The notes under the pieces were generated by a model. That model searched no databases. It saw only the letters and a program-made list of their open reading frames with translations, and had not been told where the DNA came from. Below are positions 8,504 to 19,596 of a DNA stretch of 32,000 nt, piece after piece (within the stretch, counting starts at the first letter, position 1; every line of letters starts with the position of its first letter). The stretch is from Wolbachia endosymbiont strain TRS of Brugia malayi. Lineage in GTDB: Bacteria > Pseudomonadota > Alphaproteobacteria > Rickettsiales > Anaplasmataceae. The position numbers were made by a program, and so were the translations under genes. The DNA lies in NCBI RefSeq assembly GCF_000008385.1, contig NC_006833.1, positions 180,001 through 212,000 on the forward strand. Reading direction: 5' to 3'.

Positions 8504-9233
8504 CTAATTTGCCTTTTCTTTTTTATCTTTTTCAAATAATGCTGTTTCAAATTTTAAATTGTTAACAACCGCACTAAAACATCTATACCTGATACATATA
8601 TTTATATGTTTGTTTATGCAATAATTAATGCCCACTTTTAATTGATATGCAAGCTCTACTGATGCTTTTCTAAATATTTTCATCTTTGTTGCACCAATTC
8701 TAGTTCCAACATAAGAAGAAAAAGAAAAATCATCACTTTTCCAATGACGATAAATGTTTGCTATTACAGATTTGCTTTCAACTAGATTGTAGTCAATAGG
8801 AACATAATAAAGAGCTGCTCTTAAACCACCTACTGGTTCTTGAAGTTTTTTCATGCAATATACAGTCACCCCTTCTGTTCCAGGATCAATATTGCTCACT
8901 TTATATTAGAAGAATATATTTCTTCTAATTCAGTTTTGTAGTTGCATTAAGTAGCCAAATGCCATACTTGCAGCAAAAGGTGGACTATAGTTCAGCTATG
9001 TTTATCCAGGTGATACAATTCTTCTGGTGTATCTCTACCATCATTCCAAAAATCTGTTGCAATTCTATAATTAACATCTTCAGATCTTAATTTTAATTTA
9101 CCCATGCTGGCAAAAAATCGACTATAATATCTGCCACTCAGGTAAAATCCTTTTGTTTCACTTGCACCAGACTGTCGTGACAACAACAAAGCAAGAGTTG
9201 TTATTAACAATGTTTTTTATCAATTATTATCAT
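8504..9233 (-). pseudogene. Outer-membrane beta-barrel protein (OMP_b-brl / surface-antigen-like), frameshifted
   Basis: Minus-strand ATG at 9233 (MIIIDKKHC*) shifts frame inside an A-run into LLITTLALLLSRQSGASETKGFYLSGRYY... (signal peptide plus first beta strands, ORF 8992-9210). A further piece is ...PPFAASMAFGY.... ORF 8504-8899 ends in alternating beta-strand patterns (ELAYQLKVGINYCI...ICIRYRCF). Confidence 0.65.
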
Positions 9234-9446
9234 TTCACTATTAAATAAATTATGTCAATCCTATTATTAGCTAGACAAATAAAGAACTTGCAAGATTACT
9301 CAAAGCTGCAGCTATAGGCAACAAAGCAATTTGTTTTTCTACTTTTGAGAATTGGTATTAGTTTAACATTAATTAACTGAAAATTGTTTAATATAACCTA
9401 TATGGAAAAAAGTAGAAAAATGGAAGGTATGCTGTAGAGAGCACAT

Positions 9447-11276
9447 TTAGAGAGAGGATTTTCTTACTTTTTCTTTGCTTTCGTTGTCATTTCTAACAAT
9501 CTTTTTTCCGCTTAATATATCTTTGATTTCATCTCCTGTTAAAGTCTCAAACTCCAGCAGGTTTTCAGCAATAAGTTCCAGATCTTTGCAGCGTTTAGTT
9601 AAGATATCCTTTGCCTTTTCATAACATGAAGATACAACTCGTTTTACTTCTTCATCTATAAGTTTCAGAGTGTCCTCAGAAATTATGTCAGAACTATGTA
9701 CATTTTGTTCACGATTGTGATATACCGGTCCTATTTTGTCACTCATGCCCCATTTTGTTACCATAGCACGTGATAAATCAGACGCTTGTTTTATATCCGA
9801 AGATGCACCGCTTGTAATTTTATCATAACCAAAAATTAGCTCTTCTGCTACTCTTCCACCCATGGCAACAGTTATATCTGCTATCATCTTTTCTCTTGTA
9901 TGGGATACTCTATCTGTTTCTGGCAACCTCATAACTAAGCCTAGAGCTCTACCTCTTGGAATAATAGTTGCCTTGTGTATTGGATCCGAGGCAGACATGT
10001 TAACAGCAACTATTGCGTGACCGGCTTCATGGTACGCAGTAAGTTTTTTTTCCTCCTCTGTCATCATTAGAGACCGTCTTTCCACACCCATCATCACTTT
10101 ATCACGTGCATATTCAAAATCATCCATAGTAACAATCTTCTTATTTCTTCTCGCAGCAATGAGTGCAGATTCATTCACTAAATTTGCTAGGTCAGCCCCC
10201 GAAAAACCAGGTGTTCCTCTTGCAACCGTTTTCACATTTACATCTGGTGCTATTGATATTTTCTTTATATGTGTATTTAATATTCTCTCACGCCCATTTA
10301 TATCGGGCAAAGAAATAGTAATCTGTCGGTCAAAACGACCAGGTCTAAGCAGTGCTGGGTCTAAAACATCCGGACGGTTAGTCGCAGCAACTATTATCAC
10401 ACCTTCATTAGACTCAAAGCCATCCATTTCAACTAATAACTGATTTAATGTTTGCTCTCGCTCGTCATTACCACCGCCAAGACCAATACCACGATGCCTA
10501 CCCACCGCATCTATTTCATCTATGAAAATTATACAAGGAGCGTTTTTCTTGCCTTGATCAAACATATCACGAACACGACTTGCACCAACGCCAACGAACA
10601 TTTCGACAAAATCAGATCCAGAAATACTAAAAAACGGCACATTAGCTTCACCTGCAATTGCACGAGCAAGCAGGGTTTTACCAGTCCCAGGAGAGCCAAT
10701 CAAAAGGCATCCTTTTGGTATTTTCCCGCCTAATACTTGAAATTTTTGTCTCTGTTTTAGAAAGTCAACGATTTCTACTAACTCTTCTTTTGCTTCATCA
10801 ATCCCAGCAACATCATCAAATGTCACTTTTTTTCCACTAGTCATAAGCCTAGCTTTTGATTTGCCAAAGCTTATAGTTCTGTTACCTCCTGTTTGTGTTT
10901 GTTTTAAAAGGAACAGCAACAAGCCAATGAAGATAAATGTTGGAATCCATTGGATAAGTAATCTACCAATTATGCTCATTGCAGAATCTCCAGTCGAAAA
11001 GGAGAACTTCACTTTTTTGTCATGCAAGCCCTTTATCAAGTCACTATATATAATACCACTTGAGTTAAAGTTTGATCCATCCCTAAACTTGCCTTCAATG
11101 CTCTGGTTTTTTATAACAATGTTTTCTATATCATTGTCTTCTAGTTTAGTTAAAAATTCTGAAAAAGGTATGGTTGTTTTACTTTTACCTATATTTCCAC
11201 TAAACTGAATATAAGCAACAGAAATAAGCACAATAATTACTAACCAAATCAATAAGCCTTCTAAAAACTTTTTCAT
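9447..11276 (-). CDS. ftsH: ATP-dependent zinc metalloprotease FtsH
   Basis: A 609 aa ORF with N-terminal TM helices, AAA+ Walker [12 protein letters not shown], Walker [32 protein letters not shown], and the zinc site HEAGHA. Confidence 0.97.
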   Translation of the reverse strand: MKKFLEGLLIWLVIIVLISVAYIQFSGNIGKSKTTIPFSEFLTKLEDNDIENIVIKNQSIEGKFRDGSNFNSSGIIYSDLIKGLHDKKVKFSFSTGDSAMSIIGRLLIQWIPTFIFIGLLLFLLKQTQTGGNRTISFGKSKARLMTSGKKVTFDDVAGIDEAKEELVEIVDFLKQRQKFQVLGGKIPKGCLLIGSPGTGKTLLARAIAGEANVPFFSISGSDFVEMFVGVGASRVRDMFDQGKKNAPCIIFIDEIDAVGRHRGIGLGGGNDEREQTLNQLLVEMDGFESNEGVIIVAATNRPDVLDPALLRPGRFDRQITISLPDINGRERILNTHIKKISIAPDVNVKTVARGTPGFSGADLANLVNESALIAARRNKKIVTMDDFEYARDKVMMGVERRSLMMTEEEKKLTAYHEAGHAIVAVNMSASDPIHKATIIPRGRALGLVMRLPETDRVSHTREKMIADITVAMGGRVAEELIFGYDKITSGASSDIKQASDLSRAMVTKWGMSDKIGPVYHNREQNVHSSDIISEDTLKLIDEEVKRVVSSCYEKAKDILTKRCKDLELIAENLLEFETLTGDEIKDILSGKKIVRNDNESKEKVRKSSL

Positions 11277-11288
11277 TGTTACTTCTAA

Positions 11289-12584
11289 CTAAATACCAGC
11301 TAATATTACCAAATTTTGTTTTATTGTGCTATTAATAATGCATTGAACCTCATCACCATTGATATTTTTTCTATCATGATTCAGGTGAAGATAAGCTAAC
11401 ACTTTTCCATCTTTTAACACTACAGGTAAAGAATAAAAAACTTCAGGGCAGCAATCATAATCTTTTAGAAATTTAGGAATCTTCTGTGTTTTTTTTAGCG
11501 GAGCAATAGTTACTGAACACTCCTGATTTCCAAGTATTGTACAGCTAAATCTGTTATCCCATTCAATAGGAGCATTTAATGGCAAACTTACAGATATTTC
11601 CTGTATTTTTGACGATTCTCTAATTATTAAAATACTCTCTCCATATTTTCTTATTTTACATCCAGAAAGTGTGCAATGAACATCATTATCCTTTTGCAGT
11701 ACTTTATTAAATATTGCAATAAGACTGTTATATCTTGGTTTATAGTGTTTACTGCTGATCACCATTATAGAGTAAAGAAGAAGCCTCAAAGCTATTTCCT
11801 CTGGTAATTTATAAAATTCACTTAGTTTAATTTCGATGTAACCAAGATCATGAACATTAACGCAATCATTGAATGCGAGGCGTGTGTAGTGCATTAACGC
11901 TTTCGTGGCTCTTTTTATATGAAGAGTTGTGAGACATATTCGCTCTGTTAAAATCTCTTGATTACCACTTGCTTTAAGTAAGTTGCGGTATAACGTGCGC
12001 TTATATTTTAAACTTTGATTACTTCTATCTTCAACCCACTTCAACCGATAAAAGTCGGCATATTTTTTTATTCTACTACGGCTAAAACTTAATAATGGTC
12101 TCAGCATGCAAACTCCATTTAAAGAGGATTTGTAGTCCATAGATGACAACCCATCTAGACCACTACCGCGCTCAAGTCTCAGTAGAAACGTTTCTGCTTG
12201 ATCATCTTTGTGATGTGCAATAAATAGATGCTTAACATCGTTATTTTTGCACCATTCTGTTAGCAGCTCGTACCGTGCCTTTCGTGCCTGTGATTGGACA
12301 TTACCTTTGATATTTTGCCTTTTCCAGTTTAATATGAACGATTTCTTTACTCCAAGTTCTTTTGCATAACTTACAACAAACTCAACTTCCTCCTGAGATT
12401 CTGGACGCAATCCGTGATTTACTGCTAATGCTATAGGGGGTGGACATTGTCTTTTTTCCGCCCAACTGGTTATTAAATGCAATAAAACTATACTGTCTAT
12501 ACCACCTGATACTGCAACTGCAACTTTATTGTTATAGACAGCAAAACCGTCCATTATATCTTGAAATAACGACTCTAATTCCAT
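11289..12584 (-). CDS. tilS: tRNA(Ile)-lysidine synthase
   Basis: A 431 aa ORF with the PP-loop VAVSGGIDS and the [19 protein letters not shown] motif. It lies 12 bp upstream of ftsH on the same strand, the widely conserved tilS-ftsH arrangement. Confidence 0.92.
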   Translation of the reverse strand: MELESLFQDIMDGFAVYNNKVAVAVSGGIDSIVLLHLITSWAEKRQCPPPIALAVNHGLRPESQEEVEFVVSYAKELGVKKSFILNWKRQNIKGNVQSQARKARYELLTEWCKNNDVKHLFIAHHKDDQAETFLLRLERGSGLDGLSSMDYKSSLNGVCMLRPLLSFSRSRIKKYADFYRLKWVEDRSNQSLKYKRTLYRNLLKASGNQEILTERICLTTLHIKRATKALMHYTRLAFNDCVNVHDLGYIEIKLSEFYKLPEEIALRLLLYSIMVISSKHYKPRYNSLIAIFNKVLQKDNDVHCTLSGCKIRKYGESILIIRESSKIQEISVSLPLNAPIEWDNRFSCTILGNQECSVTIAPLKKTQKIPKFLKDYDCCPEVFYSLPVVLKDGKVLAYLHLNHDRKNINGDEVQCIINSTIKQNLVILAGI

Positions 12585-12590
12585 TTCTTA

Positions 12591-12612
12591 TCTCAGTGTT
12601 TAAACACTGAGA
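12591..12612. repeat. Perfect 22-bp palindrome TCTCAGTGTTT/AAACACTGAGA, 6 bp upstream of the tilS start codon
   Basis: Read directly from the sequence; each 11-nt arm is the exact reverse complement of the other. The motif ACTGAGAT recurs at 12697-12704. Confidence 0.8.
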
Positions 12613-12703
12613 TCCAGAACTTTCTTAACAACTGAACGCCATAGCTATAAGTAACTCAAAATTACCGTTGTTCCACTACTTGTAAGCTAGATTTCATACT
12701 GAG

Positions 12704-12725
12704 ATACCGCGATAAATCGCGGTAT
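12704..12725 (-). terminator. Candidate pal terminator hairpin / dispersed palindromic repeat (ATACCGCGAT-AA-ATCGCGGTAT)
   Basis: Perfect 10-bp arms, GC-rich for this genome, lie ~33 bp downstream of the pal stop on the minus strand. There is no strong U-tract after it. The half-site GAGATACCGC recurs at 30824-30833. Confidence 0.35.
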
Positions 12726-12757
12726 GATGTGGGACTACACTAGCTATAGTTGAAAAA

Positions 12758-13237
12758 CTATTTTTTCATTCCAGAAAATGAAAACTCTACCCTACGGTTT
12801 TTAGCATGCTCTTTTTCATATTTGGAGTTCTTAGAATCATCTGCTACATAAACCAAAGGTTCAGTTTCACCCTTAGAAGCAGTTTTTATTCTATTTTCTA
12901 AGTAAGGTGTACAACTAACCATAAAATTTTTAGCTGCATCTGCCCTTCTAGCACCCAGCGCAACATTATATTCATAAGAACCACGATTGTCAGTATGACC
13001 AATCAAAGTAACTTTCACATTAGGATCATCTTGCAACACTTCCATTACATCAAGTAATGTATCTGCACCTGCTTCGCTGATATCAGATTTATCATAATCA
13101 AAAAAAACCCTTTTTTCTTTCATCTGTTTAACAACAAAGTTCATTTTATTTATTGCATTCACTCCTCTTTTTGAGCAAGAACTTACACCAGTAAGCAGTA
13201 AACAAAAACAGCACATTGCAACCAATCTACTCCACAT
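12758..13237 (-). CDS. pal: Peptidoglycan-associated lipoprotein (OmpA-family, Pal)
   Basis: A 159 aa ORF. It has a signal peptide with lipobox-like LLTGVSSC and an OmpA C-terminal-like domain (VFFDYDKSDI...LIGHTDNRGSYEYNVALGARRA...NRRVEF). Confidence 0.88.
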   Translation of the reverse strand: MWSRLVAMCCFCLLLTGVSSCSKRGVNAINKMNFVVKQMKEKRVFFDYDKSDISEAGADTLLDVMEVLQDDPNVKVTLIGHTDNRGSYEYNVALGARRADAAKNFMVSCTPYLENRIKTASKGETEPLVYVADDSKNSKYEKEHAKNRRVEFSFSGMKK

Positions 13238-13506
13238 TACTAAACCTCCATAAATTTTAAAATAGTGCGTAACTTTAATTTTAGTAGTTAATAATCTCTC
13301 TATATTGCAATATAGTCAAGAAAAATAAAACACTAAACACCTTTTCTACAGTCTTACAGTTAATTTTCTAATAAAATGCTAGATTTTCAGTAGAAAAATC
13401 CGGTAAAGGCACAATTTTTTATTGTGCTTTAAGTAAATATACTTTTAACTTTATTATTAATCTATTACGATATTAAACAGATGTTTTCTAAAAAAAATGA
13501 ACAAAT

Positions 13507-14934
13507 ATGAAATCTTACAAGTTTCTAAAAGAAGTATTACATAGGTTGAAGAATATTGAGAATACGCTAAAAGTACTAGATCAGAGTCAACTAAACGTAG
13601 AAGATAAAGTTGAGCAAATGGGTCTTCTAGAAGAAATTAGACATGAGATTATCTCTCACAACATAATAAAAGAATCATTAGCAGAAGCAGGTACTCCCAG
13701 TAACAAAAAGAAAGGTGATAGTTGGCAGCTAAAGTTAATAGAGAGGATGCATAAAAGCAACAGTGCTATTCCCATTGACCTAGTAAAATCCTTGTCCAAA
13801 GTTAAAATTGAGTGCCAAAATTTACGGAGGCTATCTCAATCTGAACCCAGTAGCTTAGAAAAACTAAAAGAACGCTTTGCCGACTTAGTTAAACTCATTC
13901 GTGGAGTAGTTTCTATAAAATCGCAGCAATTAAAATGTTCAAAATATGATTCACTGCTTGCTGACTATGACTCTGATATCACAGAAAAAGATGTAAAAGA
14001 AATATTTCCTAAGTTAGGCAAATTTTTCAGCGACAATATAGATAGAATAATTGAAAAACAGAAGAAAGACAAGATTACTAACACACAGAAGATTGCTACT
14101 CAAAAGCAGATTGAACTTGGCTCATTATGCTTGCAGCAAATAGGTGTTACGTCACACCATACTTTTTATCACCACCCTATAGATTATGATGAATCTGATT
14201 TCTGTTATGGTTTATTTTTACTTTTACGGTACAGTGGTCATGAAATTTATCAAAGATGTTTAGCACAAAATTCTATAAGTAGCTCATTTACAAGATACAT
14301 CATGTGTGAAACTCAAGGGTTATTTATGGAAAGAATGATTGGAACATCTAGGGAATTTATTGAGTTTATTCAACCATATATAAAAGAGAAGCTCACTATA
14401 AAAGGCAAAGTTAATGCAAAGATCAACAGTGTTGAAAATCTGTACTTGATTTTCAATAAAGTGAATCTTTCCTCTCCTTTAAAGAAGGCAGATGAATTTA
14501 GTCTATTAGCCAACATTATGTTGAGAACCAAGTTAGAACAGGATATAATAAATGGTACGCTAGAGGTTAAAGACTTGCATGACGCATGGCTAGAAGGCAT
14601 GGAACATTATAAAATTCCGGTAAAAGCTAAAAATGAACTAGACACTTACTTTCAAGATGAGTATTGGGTAAGCGGAACTATGGGCTATTTTCCCATTAAA
14701 ATTATAGCTTTAATTATTGCTGTACAGATTTTTTCTTTCATAAAAAAAAATCATTACGAATTTTTGGGTGCTATAATAAAAGGAGATTTTGGGTTACTCA
14801 TTGGTTGGTTATCTCAAAATGTATGTAGTGCAAAGTGTGGTTTTTTGGATCTGCTGAAAAAAGTAACAGGCAAAGGTTTAGATGTTGAATGCTGTAGTAG
14901 CTACTTGTCTGAAAAGTATGATTTATCTCAATAA
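13507..14934 (+). CDS. M32 (Taq-type) carboxypeptidase homolog with degenerate catalytic motifs
   Basis: A 475 aa intact ORF colinear with M32 landmarks: KYDSLLADYDSDIT (YD.LLD.YEPG), HHP (HPF), LLRYSGHEIYQ (expected HExGHAxYE), CETQGLFMERMIGTSREF (expected HESQSrlwEn.vgRs..F), LKKADEFS (IRxxADE), FQDEYW (LQDxHW) and GTMGYFP (G.fGYFP). Confidence 0.8.
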   Translation: MKSYKFLKEVLHRLKNIENTLKVLDQSQLNVEDKVEQMGLLEEIRHEIISHNIIKESLAEAGTPSNKKKGDSWQLKLIERMHKSNSAIPIDLVKSLSKVKIECQNLRRLSQSEPSSLEKLKERFADLVKLIRGVVSIKSQQLKCSKYDSLLADYDSDITEKDVKEIFPKLGKFFSDNIDRIIEKQKKDKITNTQKIATQKQIELGSLCLQQIGVTSHHTFYHHPIDYDESDFCYGLFLLLRYSGHEIYQRCLAQNSISSSFTRYIMCETQGLFMERMIGTSREFIEFIQPYIKEKLTIKGKVNAKINSVENLYLIFNKVNLSSPLKKADEFSLLANIMLRTKLEQDIINGTLEVKDLHDAWLEGMEHYKIPVKAKNELDTYFQDEYWVSGTMGYFPIKIIALIIAVQIFSFIKKNHYEFLGAIIKGDFGLLIGWLSQNVCSAKCGFLDLLKKVTGKGLDVECCSSYLSEKYDLSQ

Positions 14935-16032
<1,098 letters not shown>

Positions 16033-16168
16033 GTATGGCAACTGTTTTGAAGGTAGTTTATCGAATCTTTTCGATGAATTGTACAATATAAATTAGATTA
16101 CAATACAAGCACACAACTATTATAGCTGTCATTCAAGTAGCTTACAGGATAGATTAAACACAAAAAAA

Positions 16169-16445
16169 ACTACTTGACAAGCTTCGCTAGCCTTCTTACC
16201 ACAAAACTGGAGCTATTTTATATAATTTTCCAGTCGCGCAGATTAAAATGACAAGAAGATCTTTTATTTGGTGTACTATGTTACCGTATGTCTTTAATAA
16301 AATTTTTAGCTTCTTGCCTATAAAAGCTGAAGCTCGCTTGTAAAGCATTTAAGATATCACCCAACGTCAAATTTTTAAAATGAAGAGTTAGTAACTAGCT
16401 ACTTTGGATTTTTTTGCCTTTTTTTTATTTAGTAAATTTCTTAAA
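16169..16445 (+). repeat. Intergenic repeat element, copy B (most diverged)
   Basis: It shares with copies A and C the 5' ACTACTTGACAA preceded by an A-run, GCAGATTAAA, GTACTAT, TATGTCTTTA, CCTATAAAAGCT, CGCTTGTAAAGCATTTAAG, and the T-rich tail plus AGTAAATTTCTTAAATATTT. It lies in the 755-bp mreB-mnmA spacer. Confidence 0.75.
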
Positions 16446-16787
16446 TATTTTTAGCTACCGCCATCCCAATTAATAAAATAAAAAATATTTCTCCTGTCTT
16501 TGAGAAATTTGTTATATTAGCTGTGGCTACTGGCTTTCATTTTTAATAGCATATTTTTTCTTAAGTAGTTAAATGGCCATTTTACAATGAATTTTGTCAG
16601 TAACCACACTAAGTTTCTTGGCTGCTATGCAACAAAGCCATACCAGTGTCAGTTACTCTGATGACAATAGAAAGTTGCAATCATCCAAGCAGCTAACACT
16701 GGGATTTAGACTTTTTTACACTGAATCCTACTATAGGATAAAGAGGTGGCAAATCTCACCTATTTACTACATTTACTTATAAGTCAT

Positions 16788-17903
16788 ATGCTAAAAGAAT
16801 TTGAAATTGAACCTCTGTTGAAAGATAAAGTTCCACACCAAACCAAGGCTGTGGTCGCAATGTCCGGTGGGGTTGATAGCTCCGTTGCTGCAGTGTTGCT
16901 ACATCGCCTTGGATATCAAGTAATTGGTGTGACTCTTCAGCTATATGGTGCCGATGGCAACTCTAATACAAGAAAAAAAGGTGTATGCTGCGCTGGGCAA
17001 GATATTTATGATGCTAAGCGCGTAGCTGAAGGTACTGGATTTCCTCATTATATCTTAAATTATGAAGAAATATTCAAAAAGGAAGTGATAGAGAGCTTTG
17101 CACAAACCTATATCCAGGGAAAAACTCCTATACCATGCATAAAATGTAACCAAACAGTAAAGTTCCGTGATTTATTACAAGTTACAAGAAATCTTGGTGC
17201 AGACGTGCTAATTACAGGACACTACGTGAGAAGATTAGAAAAAAATGGCGAGGTAAAGTTGTGTAGAGGCATAGATAAAAGTAAAGACCAAAGCTATTTT
17301 CTGTTTGCCACAACAAAGGAGCAGTTGAAGCTTTTGAGGTTTCCACTTGGTGGGTTCTATAAGTGCAATGTAAGGAAATTAGCAAGGTACTTTAGTTTGC
17401 CAATTTCTGAGAAGCCAGATAGTCAAGATATATGCTTTGTTTCCGAAAACTATAGCAAAACAATAGCTAAGCTAGCTCCACAATCTATACAGAAAGGCAA
17501 AATTGTGGATGTAAATGGAAAAGTACTGGGCGAGCATAATGGTATAGTAAATTTCACAGTAGGACAAAGAAAAGGTTTGGGCATCGCATACAGTGAACCT
17601 CTTTATGTTGTGAGAATCAACACAAAAAACAATGAAATAGTAGTAGGCCCGGTTAACGCACTAATGCAAAGGAAAATATTGGTCAAGGAGTTAAATTGGT
17701 TAGAACAGCCAAAGAAAGGTATGGAAGTAACTGTGAAGCTCCGATCATTACACTCGGGAAGTTTAGCAAAAATATACCCAGCCAAAGAACAAAATAAAGC
17801 TTATGTCATTTTGAATGATGATTATTTTAGCATCAGCCCTGGCCAAGCCTGCGTAGCATACAAAGATGAACAAGTTATCGGCGGTGGATGGATATGTTCT
17901 TAA
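16788..17903 (+). CDS. mnmA: tRNA-specific 2-thiouridylase (tRNA 5-methylaminomethyl-2-thiouridine synthesis)
   Basis: The track ORF is 16746-17903; the in-frame ATG at 16788 ([10 protein letters not shown]) is the likelier start. It has the PP-loop [14 protein letters not shown], the catalytic region [11 protein letters not shown], and [10 protein letters not shown]. Confidence 0.93.
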   Translation: MLKEFEIEPLLKDKVPHQTKAVVAMSGGVDSSVAAVLLHRLGYQVIGVTLQLYGADGNSNTRKKGVCCAGQDIYDAKRVAEGTGFPHYILNYEEIFKKEVIESFAQTYIQGKTPIPCIKCNQTVKFRDLLQVTRNLGADVLITGHYVRRLEKNGEVKLCRGIDKSKDQSYFLFATTKEQLKLLRFPLGGFYKCNVRKLARYFSLPISEKPDSQDICFVSENYSKTIAKLAPQSIQKGKIVDVNGKVLGEHNGIVNFTVGQRKGLGIAYSEPLYVVRINTKNNEIVVGPVNALMQRKILVKELNWLEQPKKGMEVTVKLRSLHSGSLAKIYPAKEQNKAYVILNDDYFSISPGQACVAYKDEQVIGGGWICS

Positions 17904-18078
17904 CTAAAGATTCATAGTGTTAGAATACTTGCGGTACGATGTTTTCATGGGCTAAAATAAACGCTCTAACATTCCTTACATCTACTTCTTTTGGTTGAAC
18001 TAAGAAAGGTTGGTCATAGAAGTAAACGGGGCGCCTAATGCTTTTAAAAACCTTGCAGGCACATCACCATTTTTCTTA

Positions 18079-19535
18079 TAACCGTTCACGGAGATAAGGG
18101 ATTTACAAAGTGATTGTAAAAGTGTAAAGACATGAGAAGCTAAGTATAGAGTGGGTATGATAACAGGGCTGCAGAAAAGATTGTGGCGTACAAATCAAAA
18201 AACGCTAATCTCAAAGAAGAAATAAAGGCTCTGATTATAGAAAATGATGGCTTAAAAGCAAAAATAATTGAGCTAGAAGATAAACTGGGTCTGAACTCAA
18301 AAAGTTCATCTCTACCACCATCGCAAGATATATATCGCAAAAAAACAAAAAAGAAAAGTGATAAAAAACCAGGAGGTCAGCCAGGGCATAAGGTATATAA
18401 GTGAGATTTGATGGTAGCAAATATAGTAGTAGACTATACAATTTTATCAGGTTTGTGTGTGTGGAAATAAGGTTGTTTTAGAAGATGAAATTGTCCATTA
18501 AAAGGTAGAATTACCAGAAATCAAACCAATCGTAACTGAGTACAGGTTGCAAAGAAACTATTACAGAGCTTGTGATAGGAAGGGTTCAGCTAGTTTAACC
18601 ATGGGGGTTTCAAGAGGTCCTCTAGGGTTCAATGCTAAAACAACAATTAGCAGCCTAAGTGGCTTTTTTATTAACTCGAAAAGAAAAGTACAACAAATTT
18701 TAAGCAGTATATTTAACCTCAATATAAGTCTTAGTTTAGTATCAAAGACTGAGCACAGAGTATCAAAAGATGCGCATCTGAATATGAGAAAATGAAGGAA
18801 GAATTGAAAGAAACCTGCATATAGATGAAACATAGCACAGAAATCAAGGAGAAAGAGGCTGGGTTGGGTAATAACAACAAAGCGCTCTGACACTTCTAAA
18901 GATGACCGAGTCTCGTGGCAAGAAGGTGTTGCAAAGTTTACTGCCAGAATACAATGGCATAGTTGTAAGCAACAATACGCTGCGTACAATTATTTTAGTT
19001 TGAAAATAGATAGATATGTTGGACACATTTGACAAGAGATTTTCAAAGATTTGCGTATAGTAAAAATATTGAAGTGAGCAAAATTGGCCAGGCGCTCAAG
19101 TCACTCAATAACAGAGTATTTGTGGTACAAAAGCAAAAAAATAAAATTTGGTAGATGATTTACGATTTTATCAACTAATGTAAAAATTTTGAAAAAGGGT
19201 AGAACATCTTTTGTGTAAAATGACTAGGGTTATAAATGGTACTCAAACTTTGAGGATGGCTGCCAAGATGTTAAGATCTGAGGATATGGAAGTTTTTACG
19301 AAAACTTGAAGTGATAGATACAACCAATAACCTTGCAGAACGGTAAATGAGGCGCTATGTAATCTATTGTAAGAACAGCTTTTTCACTTGGTCAGAACGT
19401 GGAGAAAGATTCATAAAGATGTTGTCGATATTTTAACTTCGCGTCTAAATGGCCAAAATTCCTTTCAAAAGTTACAGAATCTAGTAACTGTTACTGCTTA
19501 ATTCTTTATTCATTTCCACAATTTGTAAACGGTTA
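18079..19535 (+). mobile_element. IS66-family insertion sequence remnant (transposase pseudogene with imperfect terminal inverted repeats)
   Basis: The ends are TAACCGTTCAC (18079-18089) and GTAAACGGTTA (19525-19535), an inverted repeat with 1 mismatch. Internal + strand fragments in shifting frames carry IS66 TnpC landmarks: a leucine-zipper N-terminus ...LGLNSKSSSLPPSQD...KKPGGQPGHK (ORF 18183-18404), C.CG zinc-finger-like VCVCGNK, LHIDETH..., ESRGKKVLQSLLPEYNGIVVS.N, and ICWTHLTRDFQRF. There are multiple stops. Confidence 0.8.
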
Positions 19536-19596
19536 CTGTTCGTACAGCTATATGCTTGACATTGCGATGACAAGAGGAAGAACATTGGATGATATT

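Noticed and set aside
8365-8550. Minus-strand 61-aa ORF overlapping the 3' end of tmk
   Set aside because: It overlaps tmk antisense and the tail of the OMP pseudogene, so it is most likely fortuitous.
10159-11208. Four plus-strand ORFs inside ftsH (10159-10443, 10452-10733, 10658-10840, 10861-11208)
   Set aside because: They are antisense shadows of a highly conserved gene and overlap one another in different frames.
16594-16782. 62-aa plus-strand ORF upstream of mnmA, and the 15911-16096 ORF at the mreB end
   Set aside because: They have no RBS or motif support. One overlaps mreB out of frame, and the other merges into the mnmA leader.
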